Positions 23,999-35,830 of a stretch of DNA of 44,963 nt are shown in pieces (position 1 is the stretch's first letter; the number at the start of each line of letters is the position of its first letter). Source of the stretch: Octopus bimaculoides. Its lineage: Eukaryota. The stretch covers positions 182,653,505 through 182,698,467 of the forward strand of contig NC_068981.1 of assembly GCF_001194135.2 (NCBI RefSeq). Reading direction: 5' to 3'. The position numbers were made by a program, and so were the translations under genes. The notes beneath the pieces are model-generated. The model worked only from the letters and a program-made list of their open reading frames with translations, was not told the DNA's origin and made no database searches.

Positions 23999-24225
23999 TT
24001 AACCCTGTAGCATTCAAACCAGCCATATCCAGCCCAAATATTCTATCTGTTTTATGTATAAATTGGCTAGATCTATCCTCTTACACCTGCCCTACAATGT
24101 CATTCTAAAAGTAAACAATCATCCCACTAAAATCTCAAAGCTACAAGCTAAAGCATGATCAATTCAAAATAATGTGAATTAATAAGAATTACATTTGACA
24201 GAAAATCTGAATGCTAAAGGGTTAA
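23999..24225. mobile_element. piggyBac-like MITE (family D), both TTAA intact
   Basis: TTAA|CCCTGTAGCATTC...GAATGCTAAAGGG|TTAA. Confidence 0.88.
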
Positions 24226-24439
24226 ACATCAACCAAAGAGATTATATTGATTATCCAATAATTTGGCTCTGATAATTTAGTCTATTAATGGATTCACAAA
24301 GCATTAGATTCCACTGTTTATCTAAACTGATTCCTTTCATCATCCTCAGTAACTATTAATTTCAATTCTCAAATTCATCTCTACTCAACAGTTACAAATT
24401 GAGTGTGAATGCTTAGAGCAGTGATTCTCAAGCAAGAAG

Positions 24440-24528
24440 AATCAGGAGTACCTTAAGCAAAGAGTCTTCTATAGTTGTAAACCAACCAAAGCCTTACATG
24501 GGGAACTGGTACACAAAAACCTAAAGGC

Positions 24529-24573
<45 letters not shown>

Positions 24574-24810
24574 AAGAGTGTCTCCTTGTCTTGGCACTAC
24601 ATGACACTTCTAAATGCATGCCAACATCACACAAGCACTGATGTTTCTTATTCTTCCAAGGAACATGTCCAGCCATTGAAAAATGTTACTTTACTTGGAA
24701 ACAAGTCAGGGTTGGCAAAAGGAAGGGCATCCAGTTGTTGAAAATTTGCCTCAAATTCCACCTGATCCATAAAAGCATGGAAAAGCGGACATTAAAATGT
24801 TGATGATGAT
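24440..24810 (+). mobile_element. SINE with degenerate family B head, (TG)n and alternative RTE-like tail
   Basis: ccaaccaaagcc...(tg)n...cttggaaacaagtcagggttggcaaaaggaagggcatccag...gatgatgat. Confidence 0.65.
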
Positions 24811-24815
24811 ATATC

Positions 24816-25159
24816 GTTGTTGGCACTCCGTCGCTTACGACGTCGAGGGTTCCAGTTGATCCGTGAAATTAACGTGCATGTCACTGAGCACTCCACAGAC
24901 AAGTGTACCCTTAACGTAGTTCTCGGGGGATATTCAGCGTGACAGTGTGACCAGGCTGACCCTTTGAATTACAGGCACAACAGAAGCAGGAAGTAAGAGT
25001 GAGAGAAAGTTGTGGTGAAAGAGTACAGCAGGGTTCGCCACCATCCCCTACCGGAGCCTTGTGGAGCTTTAGGGGTTTTCACTCAAACACTCACAACACC
25101 TGGTCTGGGAATCGAAACCGTGAGACCGCTGCCCTAACCACTGGGCCATTGCGCCTCCA
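24816..25159 (-). mobile_element. Full-length tRNA-derived SINE family A
   Basis: Reverse complement of 6744-7119; ends ccctaaccactgggccattgcgcctcca. Confidence 0.9.
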
Positions 25160-25984
25160 CGATGATGTATCATACAAACTACTAATAGACACTAGACAAA
25201 ACAATAAAAACGATCCCAAATTAGCACTTTACACACAAATATGCAGGTATTATGAAAATACTTCACAGAGTGATGACCATGTCCTGCATAGTAATAGGTT
25301 ACCATTTGGCAATGCAAATAGCACCCACTCAGCCACCCTGCCAGGAACATGATGAAGTAACAGGACTGCAGCATGGCAGATTGTGAAGAGGTAGTGGAAG
25401 AGCTCATCTGAGCCAATGGTGCTTCTTACATTGATAGTCAGGATCACCAAGCTCTGTCAAAAATATGCAACTGTAATGTATTCATAGGGGTTGCATCCAC
25501 GGTTGTGTAATCAGCTAATTAAAGATTCACTATGACTCAAGCTCCCAATTCAGATTCATAATAATGGAATTGGATGGCAACAGAGTGTCATGGGAATTTG
25601 TGAAAGTAGTGAAAAGAAAGACTTTACTTCAGATTTAATCCATTTAGAACTATTCAATTATTAAGGTTTGAAAAATATGCTCATGTCAATACGAAACTCA
25701 GGTGGGATTTGATAACTAACAGTCTGGACATAAAGACTGATACCACAGTTGGTTGAGTGTATGAGACAGCTATGCCTGAAAAACAAGCTTCATATCTAAG
25801 CTTGCTGCTCCACAAGGCTTCACCACTGCTGACAGTTGCAGACCAGTTTGAACAATACAAAAGCATGTGGTAAAAAGCAATGATCATTTTAAAATTTTCT
25901 TTCCAGATTCTTCATCCAAAATACCTAAAACAACATTTGAAAACTCAGCATTTTTCAAAAGCTAATAAATTAATTTGCCAATAT

Positions 25985-26190
25985 CTGGTAGAATATAAGG
26001 CTAGCAGAATGCATGATGGCATTTCGTTTGTCTTTACATTCTGAGTTCAAATGCTGCTGAGACGGACTTTGCCTTTCATCCATTTGGGATCGATAAAATA
26101 AGCACCAGTTGAGCACTAGGATCAATGTAATCAACTTATCCCCTCCTCTGAAATTGCTGGCCTTGTGCAAAAAATTTGAAACCAATATTT
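25985..26190 (+). mobile_element. SINE family C inserted in the hAT fossil
   Basis: ctgagttcaaatgctgctgag...ctttgcctttcatcc...gccttgtgc. Confidence 0.8.
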
Positions 26191-26354
26191 CAAATGCCTG
26201 AAAGGAGGTTGAAGTCCAAACAGCAGTAACTTCTGTTCATAACTCACTAGCAAGCTAGTTAGGAACTGTTTTCTTATTGCTAAAAAATTTAGACATTATG
26301 TTATTAGTGAAGAATTGTTGAAGTCAACTATTGAGATATATCTCAAGGCAATGC

Positions 26355-26700
26355 AAAACAAAAGTGCTGAGTACTGAAGGATGACCTTAGAACACTGAGC
26401 TTTTTGGACAAGATAACAAAGGACCGAGATACTCGGTACTTTACTGTACTCAAGAAGACCTGTCATCCACACCAGAAGTGTCAAGGCCATATTCCCAGGT
26501 GAAAAGGATTAGCCTACAAGAGTCTTGTGCCAGTGCCATATAAAAAGCACTCAGCACACACCATAAAGTGGTTTTAGGAAAGGCATTAGGCATAGAAACC
26601 AAGCTAAATCAGACTGGAACCTGCTGCAGTTACCCAGCTTGCCAAACCATCCAACCCAAGCCAGCATGGAAAACAGGCATTAAAGGATGATAGTGATACT
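26355..26700 (+). mobile_element. RTE LINE 3' end inserted in the hAT fossil
   Basis: EVLKDDLRTLSFLDKITKDRDTRYFTVLKKT, then tail ccaacccaagccagcatggaaaac...gatgatag. Confidence 0.75.
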
Positions 26701-26974
26701 GAGAACAGCATGGTTTGCAGTTGCATTGATAAAACAGCAGATGATGTTGACATAGAAATTGACCAACATGCCAAATTTTTTCCAGGCTTCAATGAAACAG
26801 TCTGTGACAGTGAGGTCCTTCTTATTGCCTATACAAAGTTTCAGCACAACTTAAAATTCATGAAAGAAATGCTATTTTGCAAGTCTTTGAAAACTACCAC
26901 CATTGATTGAGATACCTGGTAAGGAAGTATTTAATAAAAAGAACGATATTCCAATAAGTAAGATTTACAAGTAC

Positions 26975-28010
26975 AGGCATGGCTGTGCAGTTAAGAAGCT
27001 TGTTTCCTAACCATGTGGTCACAGTTTCAATCCCACAGTGTAGCACCTTTGGCAAGTGTCTTCTACTATAACCCCCAGGCTGGAACAAGCCCATTGTACA
27101 AATGTATGTGTATGTGTGTAGCCCAGTGGCAGCTTGTAGATAAAATTAGTGGAGGAGCCTCTTCAGAAAATTTTTAGCCATTGTTTTAATATTGTGTAAA
27201 AGGAAACAAACATATAAAATTAAAATTTATACATAAACTTGATTGGTTCATGTTTTAGCCACTGCCGGGTAGTGTGTTTAATTTGTTCATTGAACACCGC
27301 AGTGAATTCCCCCTTTGTTTTTCAAAAATCCCACCTAAATCACAAAATAAGGGGGAAAAATCTGCCCAATTTTTTAAATCCTGGCAGCAATACTGAAGCT
27401 GGAAGCAGGATAATGATGTAATTCTACACTTTATCACATTTCAAGAATATAAACACATTTTTAAGCACAACACACACAGTCAAAAGGAAACACTACTTTT
27501 CATCCGGCACTGTCGTTCATGCAGTACTCTCTCTCCCTAGTTTGAAGCTTCCTATCTCAGACATGTGAGCATGCGCACAATGGCCAAACACCACATAGCT
27601 GGAACTGTGAAGCACACAGTTTTATACAAAGATTTTTGTATTTTTTATAAACTAGGGGATGGCTACTGACTAAGCTTAAGGATTATATAATGTACAAGTA
27701 TAAAGAAAGAATTAAAGAAAAAAGGACTCATTATAATGAATGTTATTGATAATATCGAGTGGGTGTGCTGTAGATCCGCCTATACATGAGCCGCCACTGG
27801 TGTAGCCTTGTCTTGACATCATGCAATGATTGTATAAATGATCATCATACAAGTGATATTATTTGTCCAGTCTTCTGTGAAAAACATGTTTGGCCATGGG
27901 GAAAGTTGCTCAGAAACAGACGAGGGTTGCCAATAAGAAGGGCATCTGGCTATAGAAAATCTGCCCCATGCAAGTGTGGAAGAGTGAACGTTAAATTACA
28001 ATGATGATGA
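26975..28010 (+). mobile_element. SINE (B head, alternative tail) inserted in the hAT fossil, itself interrupted by a hAT MITE
   Basis: Head at 26975-27090; tail at 27808-28010 ending atgatgatga. Confidence 0.7.
27124..27799. mobile_element. Non-autonomous hAT element with a perfect 8-bp TSD
   Basis: TSD GTGTAGCC at 27116-27123 and 27800-27807; imperfect TIRs CAGTGGCAGCT / AGCCGCCACTG. Confidence 0.88.
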
Positions 28011-31000
28011 GGTCCATTAATGCAGACGTGGCACATATGTCGATGGGTAAACATAGGGAGGGTACTGAAAACTCTGAAAGATAACAATTCTTGATGACTG
28101 TTCACTGCTGCATTAGCCACAGAGAGAATTTGGCAATTGCTAGGCTTCTTCCTACACTGGATGAATTAAGCAAGAAGGGAATAAAAGTAGTAAATTTGAT
28201 GAAAGCACAACCAAAGACTGAAAGATTATTAAAAGAATTCGGCAAAGACATGACTAAAGACTAAGTGAGGCTGCTCTTTTATACCCATATACAATGGTTA
28301 TCAAAAGACAGCTCCCTGGAAAGATCTATTACTTTGTATGATACTCAGTTGGATTTTGGAAAAGTTTGAGATAGTGCAATTCACCAAGCTTTGATTTCAT
28401 ATCCTGCTAATATTTTGGTGAAATTAAATACATTAAATAAGGAGCTACAAGGTGAACAGGAAAGTCACTTAGAATTTCAAAACCAAAATGTTTCGTTTTC
28501 TCACCGAACTAAGTTTATTTGAAAGCCCAAGTCTTGGGAAAGAAACTTGTCTCACCTCAAACACCAAAGTAACTGTAATCCATCACAAAACATCTCACAA
28601 TCACAGAACACTTTACGATCTTCATAAAGACTTGACTGATAGATTCATCTGAACCCCTTTCTTTGATTTCCTCAGCTATTTCTTCAGGAAAATAGTAACT
28701 GCTTGGCAAAATTGGAGTCTGATTAGATCAACAAACTAACAAATACATAATTGACAATGTCCCAAGTTTAATAAGAGTGGTGACCTTCAAGAAAAACTGG
28801 ATTTCTTTTTCCATTTTCAAATGTAGTTATTTGCACGAGGATTTCATTGTTACCCCTTTTATTTTCTTTTGAGGACACTTGAAGTGATTTTGGTCTTCTC
28901 TAGCAAAATTTAGGCATTACATATGAAACTTTGATCCAGATATTAGCTATGAATGCTATGAAAGCAGTTTTTATAACTGGTAGTAATCCAGAAGATGGTT
29001 CAGGAAAAACTAAGAGAGATACCAATACCAACATTACACCCCAATAAGTTTCAACATAATAATTTTTAGATCTATCTCATCCATGCTAACATTAAAAACA
29101 AATCTTTTTAGGAACTTATTGCCTTATAAATTTTCTAGATAGGCTATCACACTACTTCATAGAAGTCTTCCAGAAGTTTTGATACATATTCCTTATAGTG
29201 AAATTAAGTGAAGCATCTCTAAGTATACTATTGTACTTAGAAATGAGAAAACACATTGGTCTGGTGGTCCAATACCAGAGCCAATTTGTCACGTTACCTA
29301 CAAGAGGCCTTTGGAGCAACTACAAATCTTGTCTTGAAAAAATAAAATTAAAATACTTTAATAATACATTTTATCATCAGTTGAAGTGTTGGGTCTAAAT
29401 ATAAGTATTTAGAAAAAACAGCTGGTTATTTAAAGATAAATGTTTATTTTATTCTATCACTTGACAGAGAAAAATAATATAATAATTATTCACGAATTTG
29501 TGAACCTTTAATTTCTAAATAGGTCTTCAATAATTACCCAATGAAGCATAACTTCATTACACTTTCATGCAAGACTCTTTAGCTTTCACTTATTTTATGC
29601 TCCCCCTGGCGTTTTTTGTATGTTGTTCCTTTTTTCACTATGAAGATAGTAGTTGCTAAACCACAGCGAGCTCCATTCTTTATTTAACATTTTTCTCATC
29701 TTTATTTTTATCAACCATTTGTCAATAGTATATACATGCAATCTACTTTACTAGTCCACTTGAACAATACGTACATTTGAGTAATAAATCTATCGAAAGA
29801 TCAATATTATCCTATGTGTTAAAGAAAAAAAAGTATCAATATTCGTTCAGATATACAAAATCCATACGGTATTTATTACCGTGTGTATTTATTTTATTAA
29901 CTAGCCCGAAATCTATTTCCTTTAACCAGACTTATTTATTCACGATGAGATGGTTCTTTTTCAATGCTAGATTTGTTTGATCCCATCTTACATAGCAGTA
30001 TCAGCTATGGCTTTTAGCACAGTCAAGAGCTACAAATTTTTGTTTCAAATACATATCTAGGGAAATTTAGAATTGCGTTCTTAGAAAGAAAAACAAAAAA
30101 AAAAAAATTAAAAGAAATTTGATAAAAAAAACTTGATTGAAATTAAGTTAAATAAGTGATCCTTTTATGAACAATATGTGTAGTGTTTAGCCCTTGTCTC
30201 TCCTGCATAAAACTGCTTTCTCGTTAAATCTCTGACAGTTTTTGTATAACAAGCAAACTTTTCTTACTCAGCTGGGTATATATACTGAACTGTAAGAAGA
30301 AACGGTGTTCAGAATGATTAAGCTGTACATGTAAGAGAGTCAATGACTTTAAAAAGATTAACACGAAGACAAATAGGTGTTGGATTTATCTTCAGCCGGT
30401 GTTTCATATTCACGTTCCAACTTGTCTTTTATTTCAACAAGATTCTTAAATATCGTTATTCTAAAACTTTTATAAGATTGAAAGACAATACCGCTTTTCG
30501 TTGAAGCCTTAATTTTAAGGATCGAGTTAAAGAACTGCTTGGAAAATGCAAAGCGATGAGATAATTACAAGGAAAAACCAAAGAGTTTTCTCAATGAATT
30601 ATTTTCCCCCATCGTCTTTCAACAAGTACATTTTCAACAATGCCTCAAAATAAGATAAATACTTCCTTTGCTTCATAAGTAATGAATTTTTTTATATATA
30701 TATTCGAATATAATTTGACTACACGAAAGAAGGTGTTTCTTACCTATTCACACCTTCTTCGTCAAAAAATGAATTTCTTCAGCCAAGTGTTGGAAATAAA
30801 ATGGTTTTAACAACATATTTTGAACGAGTATAAACCATGATATTCACACACATCTAAGTGTTGAAATTTTTTCTACTTAATAACAGTAAAGTTTCAGTTT
30901 AGATATTTTGGGGATCATGAATGCAATAAAGGACAAACTTTCACATGTTTAGAACATTGGTGTACTCGTCATGTTTCATTAAATCCAACAAGCTTGAGTT

Positions 31001-31506
31001 TTTTTTTTGTGTGTGTCTGACAGAAACAGACATCCAATTAAATGATAGTTTTTTTTCTTCCTATCTTATTCAATCAAACTGGAGGAGTTGCAGAAATATG
31101 GAATTTCTTTTTATTAAATGAATATATTTAAAGCATTTAATAGATCTAAGACAAAATTATGGGAACAGTTAACTTCAGATCTTATAAAGCTATATGGCTG
31201 GATACACTGGATTATTTGAAAGGTGGGGAAAGGTTGAATGATGAACACGTGTATCTTCAGAATAGTATCTTTTGTTTATATACAATCTAACAGGATAATT
31301 ATTAAAAAATAAAATAATTAACTCATAATTAATCAGTAATAAATGGGCACATGTTTTAGAGATGTGTGAAACAGTATTACATATTTTTTAAAGTTTATTT
31401 TTTTAAAAATCGTATGTGGAGAAAATACTGGAAGTGAAGGGAGACTAATTAAGGGAGCAAAGAAAAAAATAAGTAGGAGACAAATAGCAATTATATTTAT
31501 ACTTAC

Positions 31507-31759
31507 TTTCAAAAGCTTGCAGGAAAAGTTCGTGATCAGCTTTGATAGTTTCATATTGAGAATCTTGTTGATTAGTGTTAGAATTGTGATTAGTTGTATT
31601 ATGATGTGTGCTATTGTGAGATATAGCATGTCCACTTTGTACATGATGGTGGTGTGGATTGGAAGAGATGTGGTGCTGCTGATGTTGGTGCTGCTGGCTA
31701 CCGATACCAGGTTTTTCGCCAACATTCGGCTTTTCTTTATCTCTCTTTCTAGGCTTCAT
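31507..31759 (-). CDS. SUZ12: Polycomb protein SUZ12, coding exon 1 (253 nt, 84 codons + 1 nt)
   Basis: ATG at 31759 has an in-frame TAA four codons upstream. Translation MKPRKRDKEK...ETIKADHELFLQAFE ends in the SUZ12 signature ADHELFLQAFE. The GTAAGT donor (acttac at 31501-31506) gives phase 1, matching exon 2. Confidence 0.96.
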
Positions 31760-34700
31760 TATTTCCTTTTACCCTCTCCTTTCTTTAAGGAGGCAGGGCT
31801 TTGGTTATTTATTTAGTAATATTGTTGCTGTTTGGATTTTTAAAGTTCTTTTAGGGACACTTCCAGTCGATGCAAATCTTCCGAATATTTGAAATAAATT
31901 ACAAAACACGCTGCCAATTAATAAAGCGCTAAATACAATCCACATAAACACAAAAATATGAAGCTAAACATACACACCGTTACAAAAAAAGAGAGTCAAA
32001 GAGCATTCTAAGACACTAACAAGTAGTAGTAGTAGTACACCATTTAACAGTAAGTTACTAATAAACACTTTTTTGTTGTTGTTAGTTGCTTCGTGACTTT
32101 TAATTAAACACAATCTCTCGACCTGCGTTGTTAGCAGAGGTAAAAAAAAAATGAAATTAATAACGTAATAATAGCTAGTCTAACTAAAAAAAAATTGTCT
32201 CTGCCGCCTTTTTGTCTTCTAGTATTAATGCTCGTTCAGTGGCAAGAAATGTTGATTGATGCTTCAGTGCGATGGCTGTGAAGTTCGAGTAGTGATTTTG
32301 AATTGGTTCAAGGTATGCCAGTATCGATGTAAAAACAGAACTGAAGAAACAAGAGGAACACATATGTATAGGGTGCAGCATATATACATATGTACACACA
32401 CGATAAAGACTGAGAAAGAGAGGGGTAAATATAGTGTGCTAATAAATGTCTTGGTGTAATAATGTAGTAGCGATGGTATGCAAACATGCACCAGTACAGC
32501 ACCCGCCTTTAATGGTGCAAATACACAGACCTGTGCAGTCAATTTGGAGGGGTAAAGATCTATGTAAATCCCTTAACCTGGAATACCTCGTATCAGCCCT
32601 TAGTTGTTTGTCTGGGGCAAGACGGTATTGGCAATGATTCGGTGCTGATGGCCGTTGGCCGTCTCTCCTCACCGGTTCTTCTACCGGCTGTGTAAGACCG
32701 CTGTAGTTCCGTTCTCTTCTGTTCTTCTTTTAAATAGTATTATTTCCAGGATAAATATGATTTTGTGATGGCTATAGGCAGTCTGTCCCGATGTCCCTCA
32801 GTGTGAATCAGATATGTCCAATAAATGTTTATTTCGATATTTGATTTTTCGAGTTTTGTTTTTAAATAAGTTTGTAATCTTTAATGTGCAGGTGTGTACA
32901 TATGTATGTGTGTGTATGTATGTATATATACATACATATATCTATGTATGTATATATATATATAAATGTCCCTCCACACTCCGGCGTCAACTTCCCAATT
33001 CCGCGGGAAGCCTGCACACACAAAGCAGTCAAGGCATCATGGGATACTATTCACCAGAATAGCAGCAACAGCAGCAGCAGCTTTATCTGGCCCTTCTGAT
33101 AGTTTGAACGTCCGTCTCAACAAATTTTTAAGAAATAACTAAGCCATATATACATGTATATATCATACATACACGCACATGCATACACACGTTTTACTAA
33201 GGGTTTATCATTTAAGTGTTATTACATTTAGTTTGAGATAAGACTGGGACAAGTTGTTAGGAATAACTAAGCTATAACATGTCTGGCTCGTTTGTTAGGA
33301 CTAACTAATCTCTCATTGATCATACATGCAATCATACGTGCATACATGCTCAACTTGCAGCAGCACGTTGATAACATATTTTTATTGTAGTTACTACTAC
33401 ATATAGTTGTATGTATATCTATGTAATTTGGAGGATATACTCGGAATTGATATATATATATACGTTATAAAAATATGTAAAGTGAGCACTTTTTTTTCTG
33501 CATACATACAGAGCAGACCACCGCTTAGTTTATTGTAGATAATACACATAGTTTATATATTTATATAAATAACTGGAAGGATATAATTAGAAGTGATATA
33601 TATGTATATTTTTAAAATAATAATATACCGATCACTTTCCTTTTCTATGAAGCAACACTTTCGAGTTCGATACTAAAGCTAGGGCTAGGAGCAATTAGTA
33701 CAACTATATCGGCATAACTGCCATGTCGTTGTTTGATTTATAACTTGAAACGACGACTCTCACAAAATCATCGAATACCAAATATTTCGTTACAGATTTA
33801 ATTGATGAAGGATAGCAGTAATCCTTAATTTCTGTCTAGAAACTAGATGCAAACCAGTTCACTCGTAATGAAATCGTTCTTAAATAGACATTTCAATATT
33901 ACTAAATTGTTTCAACATTTGTTGATTAAGTTACGAAATGCAACTTTCAATCGATCGGGTACGTAAAAAAAAAAAAAATTAAAAAGCTCCTTGTCCTTTT
34001 AAGATTTTGATTACAAGATTTTAGGTATAACGAAGTATATATATGATCTACAAGATAAACTTCAAATAAGAATGTTAAATTTAATTTAAGATTAATAGTA
34101 ATGGAGTTGTCTGTAATGCATTTTTAGTTCATTGTTTGGTTAATTCTGATTCGTATTTCGCTGGTTTGTATTTCTACTTCGATAGAAATCTTTTTTATAA
34201 CATTTGTGGAAATTACTTCATTATTCCGTTATTTTAAACCGGAAGCTTTGCTAAAAACCTAAAATAGTTCAAGGATTTTTTTTTTTTATTTTTACAAGGT
34301 GGAAAGGTTGAAAAATTATCCGTAACTCAAGTAAATAATGTTGAAAACACTATCAGGAGTTTTCTAATCAATAAGCTTTAAATTTAATTTGGTCGTCTTT
34401 AGATTTTGAAGCTTAAAGTTAAGGGCAACTTCTGCAAAGATGTATCCAAGAAGATAATCTGGCAAGCCGAGCCCACCGATCCATCTTTACCCTCGGTTGT
34501 TTTAAATTCTTGTTTCACTTATCGCCGTTAAAAATATTTAGGAAAAGACGGACATTTTTTTATAATCTTCATTCTCTTCTTCCTATACATGTTACGGTCT
34601 TAAGACTAATTAAAAGAATTATTTTATCTCGAGGTTTACCAAAGTTCCTGCAACTTGTCTATTCTGTTTGTTTTTAACTCATTTCATTGTACTGATGATG

Positions 34701-35429
34701 TTCGTAAGGTGAACAAGAGCATCACAGAATCATCTCGTTTCTTTTTTCTCTAGCTTAATGCTATGTGCTCTGTGTAAGAAATCAAAATATTTTTAGCCTT
34801 CAAACCAGGATTTGAGATTTTAATGACTACCTTTGCCAATCAAGGGAGACTATCCATAGAATTTTACTTTTTTTTTTTTCTATTTCCTTGCTTAAAATTC
34901 TATCTTCCTTCACCTAGCACTTTTTTCCGGGAAAAACTAAGTAATTAATGTTTAAGTGAATGTATGTGTTTGTATATATAAAATTAAGTGGATTTAATAT
35001 CTGTTATAAATATGAGATAATATGAAACATTTTAAGAATCTGAAAATTTAATAAAACTTAAAAGGTTACATAGGTTTTTCTCAAAAAGCGAAAGTAAAAA
35101 ATAAAAAAAACCAGTTAATAGTGGTAAGGAATCGAATTTTATTTTATTACATAGTTTGGTGTTACAAAAGTAATAAAGAATATACAACTTGTAATTATTA
35201 AGAAATATCTATTTTAGAAGGTTAGTTATTGTGAGCTTAGGTGAACACCGTTCATTAGCGGGTAGGTTTTAGCGGGCAAAGTCTAGGACAAGATTTCCAT
35301 TCTCAATAGTAGCTATTTTTGTTAGATTCGATATCGTCTTTCGGAAACAAGCGAATTAAATTGTTTTCAAATGACACTACCAATTTTCTAGACAAATGTA
35401 TATGATATTTTTTGCACATATAAGATGTA

Positions 35430-35830
35430 TAGGAGGCGGGGGTAATAACCGGGGTAAAATGAGTAATTTTTGATTTCTCATTATGTTCTCCCCACCTGTT
35501 TGAAATCATTACATTACAAGAATCGCATCATCTTCAGGAGTAAAAATTGTTCAGCATAGTTGTTGTTGAAGTTGAGAGAGTCCAAGACATTCTCAGGTGG
35601 CAGATGCTTTTTTTTTTTTTTTTCAAGAAATATTCCCTAAACTTTGACCAGTTTGTAATCGAGGTTGCTAATATAATATCTGGATAATTTTTGGCGTTGA
35701 ACATCAATATTCTTTCCTCTTCTGGATCCCAAGTCAATTTTTTTCCCCACACTAATGTCTAATTTGATTATTTTCAATTTTCAAAAAAATATCTAAAATG
35801 GGACAAAATGAGTAATGACTAATTTCAACC
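35430..35830 (-). mobile_element. Possible pogo-like DNA transposon remnant
   Basis: Repeated GGG(G/A)(T/C)AAAATGAGTAA motif at about 35450 and 35800; GKKLTWDPEEERIL weakly resembles the CENP-B-type HTH linker. Confidence 0.3.

Larger units (their letters stand above)
25890..28960 (+). pseudogene. Fragmented hAT (Buster/Charlie/FAM200-like) transposase fossil
   Basis: Collinear motifs: HPKYLKQHLKTQHFSKANK (25910), FLIAKKFRHYVISEELLK (26270), CIDKTADDVD...LLIAYTKF...KEMLFCKSLKTTT (26720-26900), HRENLA (28120), LLFYTHIQWLSK (28270), ANILVKLNTLNKELQG (28405), DLHKDLTDRF (28617), SYLHEDF (28825). Confidence 0.8.

Noticed and set aside
31333-31816. Alternative ORFs 31333-31725 (-) and 31517-31816 (+)
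   Set aside because: Shadow frames of the low-complexity SUZ12 exon 1.
34692-34720. Other CTGATGA/CTGAAGA matches as hammerheads (e.g. 34692, 38477, 42322)
   Set aside because: No helix II followed by GAAA.
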